This document shows positions 57,975 to 64,000 of a stretch of DNA of 64,000 nucleotides, in pieces. Numbering within the stretch: position 1 is the first letter of the stretch; the number at the start of each line of letters is the position of its first letter. The stretch is from positions 398,790-462,789 of the forward strand of contig CP064998.1 of the NCBI GenBank assembly GCA_016700035.1. Direction: 5' to 3'. Below the pieces are notes generated by a model. That model saw nothing but the letters and a program-made list of their open reading frames with translations, did no database searches and was not told the DNA's origin. Source of the DNA: a bacterium. GTDB lineage: Bacteria > Patescibacteriota > Saccharimonadia > CAILAD01 > GCA-016700035. The translations under genes and the position numbers were made by a program.

Positions 57975-58256
57975 ATGAGTACTGTATTGAATGTAAAAAT
58001 TGATCCCGCTCTAAAGAAGAGGGCTCAGAGTGTTGCCAAAGAGCTCGGCTTGCCTATGAGTATAGTGGTAGCTGCCAGTTTGCGAGAGTTCGTTAATACC
58101 AGGAGCATAACTATATCGGATTCGCCACGGCTTAGGCCAGAAGTGGAGGCCGAATTACTGGCTATGTCAAAAAAAGTACGTGCTGGTGAGCTAGATGATT
58201 ATTCGCCTGCTTTTAATAATATAGAAGAAAGCTTTGCGTGGCTTAATGCAAAATGA
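57975..58256 (+). CDS. DinJ/RelB-family antitoxin
   Basis: 'MSTVLNVKIDPALKKRAQSVAKELGLPMSIVV...' matches the DinJ N-terminal ribbon-helix-helix pattern. It overlaps the toxin gene by 4 nt (ATGA). Alternative ATG starts at 57966 and 57945. Confidence 0.65.
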   Translation: MSTVLNVKIDPALKKRAQSVAKELGLPMSIVVAASLREFVNTRSITISDSPRLRPEVEAELLAMSKKVRAGELDDYSPAFNNIEESFAWLNAK

Positions 58257-58513
58257 CTATAAGGTATAGTAAAAAATTCAGAAAACAGTACAAAAAACTT
58301 ACTCCAAAGATGCAACAAAAAACCACAGACGCCATAAAGCTCTGGTCGCAAAAGCCCAATGACGAGTCGCTTCGGTTACATAAACTTAGCGGTAAGATGA
58401 GCCGTTTTTACAGCATTGATATAGCTGGCGACTTACGAGCACTGTATGAAATTGTAGATAACGAAGTATTTTTGTACCAAATGGTCGGTACGCATAGTCA
58501 GTTATACGGCTAA
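58253..58513 (+). CDS. YafQ/RelE-ParE-family type II toxin (mRNA interferase)
   Basis: 'YSKKFRKQYKKL...' and C-terminal 'MVGTHSQLYG' (compare YafQ 'RTGTHAALFG'). 86 aa. Confidence 0.75.
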   Translation: MTIRYSKKFRKQYKKLTPKMQQKTTDAIKLWSQKPNDESLRLHKLSGKMSRFYSIDIAGDLRALYEIVDNEVFLYQMVGTHSQLYG

Positions 58514-58582
58514 CGTAAGCCGAGGGGGGCAGCAGATCTAAAACTAATCTTTTAACCGAGTTGTCTAGATTCAAAATAAAAT

Positions 58583-59686
58583 TTGTCAGCAAACACAATG
58601 AAAATAAACACCCAACACAACCGTACGTCGTGGCTCTCAAAAGAACTCGGGAAAGCTTATGTAGACGCCCGACGTGGTAAAACAAAGAAGCCAGAAGTGG
58701 AAAAGTTCGACAAAATTGCCAAATCAGAACTGGTGGCGCTGGCACAAGAAATTCATACGCGTACCTACATGCCACGACCGTCAACTGCTTTCATTGTCAA
58801 CAAACCCATCAAACGAGAGATATTTGCAGCTGCCTTTCGTGATCGAGTAGTACATCACTTTTTGTTCAACCAAGTAAGTAGTTGGTGGGATGCCCGGTTT
58901 ATTGAAGATAACTACAGTTGCCGCCTCGGCAAGGGTACACTGTATGGTATTCGCCGGCTTGACCACCACATTCGTTCAGTCAGTCGTAACTACACCCGTC
59001 CAGCCTACATACTAAAGCTTGATTTTCAGGGATACTTCATGAGTCTGGAGCGCAAAAAGCTCTACAGCCGGGCCATGTGGGGACTGAATCGGCAGTTCCC
59101 TAATCAGGGCTACGCCTACCAATTGTGTAAGTTTTTGTGGAAGGTCATTATCTTTAACGACCCACTGAAAGAGGCAGTGTTCAACTGTCCGCGTAGTGCT
59201 TGGAAAGGTCTGCCGCCCAGCAAGAGTTTGTTTCACCAGCCCAAAGGCCGTGGTATTGCCATTGGCAACCTAACCTCACAGCTACTGAGTAATATCTATC
59301 TTGACCAACTAGATCGATTTGTGACGCTGGAGCTCGGCTTCAAACACTATGGACGCTACGTTGATGATTTCTACATCGTTTCAAGTGATAAAAATGAACT
59401 GGTTGAAGCGACCAGGACAATAGAGCGCTATGTAGAGGATCAGTTGGCACTAAAACTGCATCCTCATAAGCGACACCTGCAGGAATGTAGCCGTGGTGTG
59501 GCCTTCCTTGGGGCGGTTGTCTACCCATTTCGCTTGCACCCAGGCAAACGCTTGAAACGCAACTTACTAGCGGCACTTTCGAACCCGGATTGCTCAAAAG
59601 AAACCGAAGCATCGTATCGAGGGCTGGTGAAGCATTATAAACACAAAAAGCTTCTTGGTGGTTTAAAACTTCGGGGGGTACAATAA
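58583..59686 (+). CDS. DGR-type reverse transcriptase
   Basis: RT motifs 'LDFQGYFMSL' (2), 'IGNLTSQLLSNIYLDQLD' (4, with the DGR-specific SQ in place of SP) and 'YVDDFYIVS' (5, YxDD). About 367 aa, typical for a DGR reverse transcriptase. No Avd-like ORF is adjacent. Confidence 0.85.
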   Translation: MSANTMKINTQHNRTSWLSKELGKAYVDARRGKTKKPEVEKFDKIAKSELVALAQEIHTRTYMPRPSTAFIVNKPIKREIFAAAFRDRVVHHFLFNQVSSWWDARFIEDNYSCRLGKGTLYGIRRLDHHIRSVSRNYTRPAYILKLDFQGYFMSLERKKLYSRAMWGLNRQFPNQGYAYQLCKFLWKVIIFNDPLKEAVFNCPRSAWKGLPPSKSLFHQPKGRGIAIGNLTSQLLSNIYLDQLDRFVTLELGFKHYGRYVDDFYIVSSDKNELVEATRTIERYVEDQLALKLHPHKRHLQECSRGVAFLGAVVYPFRLHPGKRLKRNLLAALSNPDCSKETEASYRGLVKHYKHKKLLGGLKLRGVQ

Positions 59687-59913
59687 CAGTATGCTTTGCT
59701 TGGCGGCAACCGGGTAATGCTTGGTGGCAACTATTGCTTGTTACCCGGTGAGTAGTCAGGCAGATAAGCATATGTAAGAGACAATACTCACTAGTCTTGA
59801 TGTGATGAAGACTAGTTCTGTGGGAGTAGCGCCACCAAGACTTGCCTGCATTCGGTACGCTGAGTGCAGGATAATGAGTAGTATTGTAAGGTAGTCCGGT
59901 GGTGTGTTCCGGG

Positions 59914-60096
59914 TTTTGCTGGCAACTGGGACGAGGGCTTCGACAACCAGGGTGACAACGCTAACTTGTGGTCTCGTTCAGCCTTCCCAGACAATGTCGA
60001 CAACGCAGACAACGCGAACTTCAATGCTGGAGAAGTCAATCCAGGCAACAACGCTCCTCGGGGCAACGGGCTAGCTGTTCGCTGACTCTTACGGTA
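59914..60096 (+). repeat. DGR template repeat (TR), downstream of the reverse transcriptase
   Basis: Cognate of the VR. Carries A (mostly as AAC) at every variable position. Not inside a long ORF. Confidence 0.85.
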
Positions 60097-60121
60097 TATT
60101 TTGTGGTGGCTCTATGGCTTG

Positions 60122-62716
60122 CTACACCTCAATCGGCTCATCTTCCGAGTCATTATCTTTAGCGTCTTGTGTTTCATGAGACTCGGTTTTATCTGCTTTT
60201 TTCTTTTTCGTTTCATCTTCGTACTCATACGCATACAACTTCCTTGAAGACTCTATGACTTTCCGAGCCATAGCCTTATCTCCCTCGTCTTCCAGAAGCA
60301 AAGTCTCCCCAGACATCGGTTCCTGCGATCGTATAGCACTCAGCCTTGCATAGAAATTGTAACTGGGTAGATTGGCTATCTCGCCTTCATCGATAAATGG
60401 CTTAAATAATGGTAGTACCAATTGCTCATCTACCGGGCTACCCGTCCTAAAGCTAATAACTGTACCAACATTGGCTAAGATTATCTGGACTAGTCTTTGT
60501 TCGTCCTGCTGTGCTGTAGACTGCTCAGCCATAGTCAGAAACAGCTTGTATTTACGAGCTTCGGATAGCATCTGGACAAACGGCATCGTCGCAAAGTTCT
60601 GGAATTCATCGACGTAGAGGTAAAATGGTTCTCGCTCGTCTTGGGTTAACCGAGATCTACGTAAAGCTGCTAACTGTAGCTTGGCCAGCACAGCTGTACC
60701 AAATAGTTCTGACGTATCCTCTCCCAGGTTGCCCTTGCTGAAGTTGCAGATCAGGATCTTGCCAGAAAACAGGATATCATCAAAGTCGATGGTCGATTTG
60801 GGTCTGCACATAACTCGTTTGGTACTGGGCGAGAATTCAAAGCGACCAATTTTGCTGGTTACTCCATGGCTCATCTTGACTCGTTGCATCGCACCGGCTT
60901 TACCGAGTTCATTCTGCCAGAAGTTCTTTAAGGTTCCAGCTGGCAGTGCATTGGTTATTTTCTTACGGTAGTTGTCGTTAGTGAGGAGTTCAAAGATAGT
61001 GAAGATAGTGGGATCGTCAGTTGTTAGGGCTGTTTGTATAGCGTTGCGGAGCACATACTCAATCCGATGTCCTCCTGAATCATCGTCGGAGAATATTTTA
61101 CGGAGTACCGATATGACTGATTCAGTCACTCGATCTTTTTCTCGCTCCAAAGCACTACCAGTCAGACCATCTGGTATTTCTAGCAGGTTCATAGCCAGTG
61201 GATGGTCAATATCGTCAGGATTAAAGTAGATAACATCTTTGATTCTATCTTTTGGAATGTATTTGAGCAGTGTTAAAGCCATATCTCCGTGAGGATCAAT
61301 GACGGCTAATCCCTTACCATCTTTAATATCTTGAATGATACCGTACTGAAGCATAGTGGTTTTACCGTTTCCTGTTCCGCCAATAATATAGACATGCCGT
61401 TCACGTTCAGCCTCAGTGAGGCCTATTAAGGTTTCGCTGCCAAGGTGACTGTTCTTGCCTAAGGTCACATCAAGATACTTTGCACTCTTGAGAGAGGTTG
61501 GTGCTGGCAAGGTTTTGCTGAGTGACTTTGAGATGTTTTCAGTGCGAGCTGACGTACTATGAGGGAAATGGTATAAGGCACTCAGTTCAGTCGAGCTTAA
61601 AACATTACTATTTCTATGCACTAGTGACGGCAAGCGATGATCGAGTACCCATATCCGATGTCGCACACCAAGCCACGGTATCCAAGCTCTCGTGGTTCGT
61701 AGTCTTTGCCAGGTTGGGGTAGCGTAGGTAGCCATCGAGTTAGCTAGTGATTGGGCTCTAGATTTAGCTCGGGCTTTATCTGTAGCCACAATCTGAGTCC
61801 GGATATCGACATAAAATAAGTCTTGGGTTAACTTGTCATGCATTCGGTCCAAAAGCTCTTGTTCGGCCGGAGGGATATGGGTATTAGTAGGTAGACTGTT
61901 AGTAGCTTTAGAGCTTGCTGGTATATCGTGATACAGAAAACCATAAATCATACTCCAGGCAATAACAAACGGTAGCTTTACAATCGCAAAGATAATCCGA
62001 AAGATGCTTTTATGACCAAACTTTTTCTCAAGGCTTGATCCCGACCAGTAACCCTGGCGTATCTTACGATCAATTGCAAAAGCCTCAGAGATAACAGCTG
62101 GCGTGACGACGAGTTGTAAACTAACCCGTTCATTATCTTCAAGCTTTGTCATCGAGCTGGTTAAGTAGGCGACTGGATCATGTTCATGCAGGGACTTTGA
62201 CGTATCCAGGGGCATAGCGTAGTGTTCAGTTTGTTTGTAGGTTTGCAGAGCCATAAATCCTTTGGTCTCACGACTATCTTTAACGACTTGAACTTTTACG
62301 TCAGGACTGTAGGCAGCAACTGCCTGCCGGATAAGTTCCTCGGCTGCCTTACTTGACCGTATAAGATAACGAATACCTTTGTCTTTGGTTGATACTATCT
62401 CTAGCGAAAATGACGGTACATAGCGTAAAATTACATCCTTGAAACTTCGTGATTTAAGGAGGCCATGTAGTACTGAGAATAGCTGCGTGGTGGCAAGTGG
62501 AGCTTTGTTGGTAAAAGCCGGTGGTGTCAACTCAAGTAAAACTGCTTCCTGTTTGTACTTTCGGTAGTAATTATAGAGTCTAAGGATAAGACCAATAACG
62601 AAAGCCAGTACAGTGATTAACACAACAAGGAGCCCTAACCACGGTAAAATGGTTTGTAGTCTTTCAACTATCTGCCCACCAGAATTATCCGTCATGGCAG
62701 CTCCTGTAGTTTCCAA
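60122..62716 (-). CDS. Membrane-anchored P-loop ATPase, type IV secretion coupling protein-like (TraD/VirD4/TrwB or HerA-FtsK-related)
   Basis: N-terminal TM 'LGLLVVLITVLAFVIGLIL'. Walker A 'IIGGTGNGKTT'. Walker B 'FYLYVDEFQNF'. Acidic C-terminal tail. Confidence 0.55.
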   Translation of the reverse strand: METTGAAMTDNSGGQIVERLQTILPWLGLLVVLITVLAFVIGLILRLYNYYRKYKQEAVLLELTPPAFTNKAPLATTQLFSVLHGLLKSRSFKDVILRYVPSFSLEIVSTKDKGIRYLIRSSKAAEELIRQAVAAYSPDVKVQVVKDSRETKGFMALQTYKQTEHYAMPLDTSKSLHEHDPVAYLTSSMTKLEDNERVSLQLVVTPAVISEAFAIDRKIRQGYWSGSSLEKKFGHKSIFRIIFAIVKLPFVIAWSMIYGFLYHDIPASSKATNSLPTNTHIPPAEQELLDRMHDKLTQDLFYVDIRTQIVATDKARAKSRAQSLANSMATYATPTWQRLRTTRAWIPWLGVRHRIWVLDHRLPSLVHRNSNVLSSTELSALYHFPHSTSARTENISKSLSKTLPAPTSLKSAKYLDVTLGKNSHLGSETLIGLTEAERERHVYIIGGTGNGKTTMLQYGIIQDIKDGKGLAVIDPHGDMALTLLKYIPKDRIKDVIYFNPDDIDHPLAMNLLEIPDGLTGSALEREKDRVTESVISVLRKIFSDDDSGGHRIEYVLRNAIQTALTTDDPTIFTIFELLTNDNYRKKITNALPAGTLKNFWQNELGKAGAMQRVKMSHGVTSKIGRFEFSPSTKRVMCRPKSTIDFDDILFSGKILICNFSKGNLGEDTSELFGTAVLAKLQLAALRRSRLTQDEREPFYLYVDEFQNFATMPFVQMLSEARKYKLFLTMAEQSTAQQDEQRLVQIILANVGTVISFRTGSPVDEQLVLPLFKPFIDEGEIANLPSYNFYARLSAIRSQEPMSGETLLLEDEGDKAMARKVIESSRKLYAYEYEDETKKKKADKTESHETQDAKDNDSEDEPIEV

Positions 62717-62764
62717 TCTGATTGCATAAAGAGTAACAGAGGTGGTCTAAGGAGGCAATAGCTG

Positions 62765-63925
62765 TTATTTACTGAACTGTGAATCTTGTATTGGTAGATA
62801 GCCTTGAGTGTCGAGTTGCATGACTACACCAAGAGTCAATGCGTTGCGATTTAGCCGGATAGTGTAGCGACGAGACTTGTCTCCATCCAATGGTCGCAAG
62901 AAGTTTTGCTGTCGTAATTTACGGATGGCTTTCGAGATGTTAACGTGTGATATTTCGTCTGCAAATAGTGGCTTGAAATCAGCAGCTTGAACAATGTCTT
63001 TTTCTATAGCTATTTTGAGCATTTTGTACTCGAGTTCATTAATGCGTTGTTTTTCTAGTGCATAATCAAGGGCAGGTACAATAATTTTTCCTTTTGTAAA
63101 AGACGCATCGAGTAATTCGTTGACATTGTCTACTTCATTTTTGACACCACGTAACATGTACTCACACCACTTGAGTATTCCAGGATCAGTGTTTTTGTCA
63201 GCCTCGGCAAGCATAGCGTAATACTGGTTTCTATCATTGCCAAATACGGCTGCAGGGCTTAGTAAACGCATACCGTCCCCATCAATAAAACCTTGTTTTG
63301 TGAGCATCGCATAAGTAAGAAGCCTGACGACTCGTCCGTTGCCATTACCAAAGGGGTGAATCCACGTAAAGTAGTGGTGTGCTACCGCATCTTTCAGTAG
63401 ATCGAACTGTGGATCAACCTTTTGATTTATAAAATCAAAAAGGTTGTCCATTAAATCTGGAATATCTGACCAGGCTGCAAGGGAGATATTCGATTTACTT
63501 ATACTACGTGGTTCATTTCTATACGCTCCAGCACGCGTATCACCCTCCTTAGACGGGTCTAGGCCATCAACGACGATCTGGTGCAAACGGAGGATCAGCG
63601 CTTTATTTATGATGAGGTCTGAACCTTGCTTCTCGATAAAGTCGATACCCTTCTCGATGTTTGTGATTTCACGGATCTGTTCGGTCTGCTTTGTAGACTG
63701 ATCTTCATCGTCCCGAACGGCTTCAACAAAATTCGCAACAGTCGTATGGTTACCTTCTATGCGTGCGGAAGCAATACTCTCGATAGCATGGAAGAGCGAT
63801 TTAAGTTCAAAGAAAAGCCAGGGCGGAGTTGAACCGCTGACTCGCCGATTACGAAGACGTTCAAGCTCAATAACTAGCTTGATAGTTTCGGTGTCTACGG
63901 CTGGTTTCGGGATATATAGTTTCAT
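62765..63925 (-). CDS. Fic-family protein (AMPylation / phosphocholination type)
   Basis: Canonical Fic motif 'HPFGNGNGRVVRLL' (HPFx[D/E]GNGR). C-terminal winged-helix-like region. Confidence 0.85.
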   Translation of the reverse strand: MKLYIPKPAVDTETIKLVIELERLRNRRVSGSTPPWLFFELKSLFHAIESIASARIEGNHTTVANFVEAVRDDEDQSTKQTEQIREITNIEKGIDFIEKQGSDLIINKALILRLHQIVVDGLDPSKEGDTRAGAYRNEPRSISKSNISLAAWSDIPDLMDNLFDFINQKVDPQFDLLKDAVAHHYFTWIHPFGNGNGRVVRLLTYAMLTKQGFIDGDGMRLLSPAAVFGNDRNQYYAMLAEADKNTDPGILKWCEYMLRGVKNEVDNVNELLDASFTKGKIIVPALDYALEKQRINELEYKMLKIAIEKDIVQAADFKPLFADEISHVNISKAIRKLRQQNFLRPLDGDKSRRYTIRLNRNALTLGVVMQLDTQGYLPIQDSQFSK

Positions 63926-64000
63926 ATGTTATCTTTTTCAATAAACTATGTAACCTATTCATTATATCACATGTAACCAAAAAGCAAATTATAATCTGTT

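Larger units (their letters stand above)
56384..60096 (+). mobile_element. Diversity-generating retroelement (DGR) cassette: target gene with C-terminal variable repeat (VR), embedded DinJ/YafQ toxin-antitoxin pair, DGR reverse transcriptase, template repeat (TR)
   Basis: A 183-bp VR/TR pair in which almost every mismatch is an A in TR. Reverse transcriptase with the DGR-specific 'IGNLTSQ' and 'YVDDF' motifs. Confidence 0.8.

Noticed and set aside
58583-59686. Reverse transcriptase as a group II intron or retron reverse transcriptase.
   Set aside because: There is no intron-type maturase/X domain or ribozyme structure, and no retron msr/msd with a flanking effector. Motif 4 has the DGR-specific SQ, and a cognate VR/TR pair with A-specific differences is present.
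59686-59914. Possible additional small gene (Avd-like) between the reverse transcriptase and the TR.
   Set aside because: Only 228 bp with no ORF of useful size. The segment is more likely part of the structured DGR RNA (hairpin accgggtaa...ttacccggt). No Avd identified.

Overview
This 64-kb window comes from a low-GC bacterium with a small, streamlined genome. The type IV pilin genes, sortase-type sorting signal, minimal housekeeping set and giant repeat proteins suggest a CPR/Saccharibacteria-like epibiont, but that placement is inference only. There are five main blocks.

- **Defence and accessory island (1-9.2 kb).** A 5'-truncated Eco57I/MmeI-family N6-adenine methyltransferase, a HEPN-like protein and a DUF2779/Cas4-like nuclease sit first. 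An ABC-F ATPase plus an APH-family kinase follow, in the same order as an msr/mph macrolide-resistance pair. Two paralogous unknown genes then bracket an XRE regulator and a PLD-family nuclease; the second paralog carries an in-frame TAA.
- **Giant duplicated surface genes (9.3-27.4 kb).** Two roughly 7.8-8 kb direct-repeat copies each encode a giant protein of about 2,500 aa. It has an N-terminal signal-anchor, blocks of DUF285-type and NHL repeats, FN3 domains, and a C-terminal membrane-embedded histidine kinase. The copies are separated by a small insert carrying a DAGK-like lipid kinase and a sulfotransferase. Each copy carries frameshifts, mostly at G/C homopolymer tracts, plus tandem intragenic repeats and a variable GGGGAA microsatellite upstream.
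- **Housekeeping block (27.5-43.7 kb).** ABC/FtsX transporter, DEAD-box helicase, RRM protein, Bcp, gltX and others.
- **Surface and envelope locus plus nrdAB (43.7-55.5 kb).** Three type IV pilin-like genes, a processive GT2 synthase, a polysaccharide deacetylase and a GH6 hydrolase. An LPXTG-only micro-ORF follows, then nrdAB with NrdR-box-like sites upstream.
- **tRNA-Glu-flanked island (55.9-64 kb).** A diversity-generating retroelement (DGR): a Fib_succ_major/DUF1566-type target gene with a C-terminal variable repeat, a DGR-type reverse transcriptase, and a template repeat. The template differs from the variable copy almost only at template adenines. A DinJ/YafQ toxin-antitoxin pair sits between the variable repeat and the reverse transcriptase. 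A T4CP-like ATPase and a Fic protein lie downstream.

The DGR and the duplicated giant sensor-kinase surface genes are the most notable findings.
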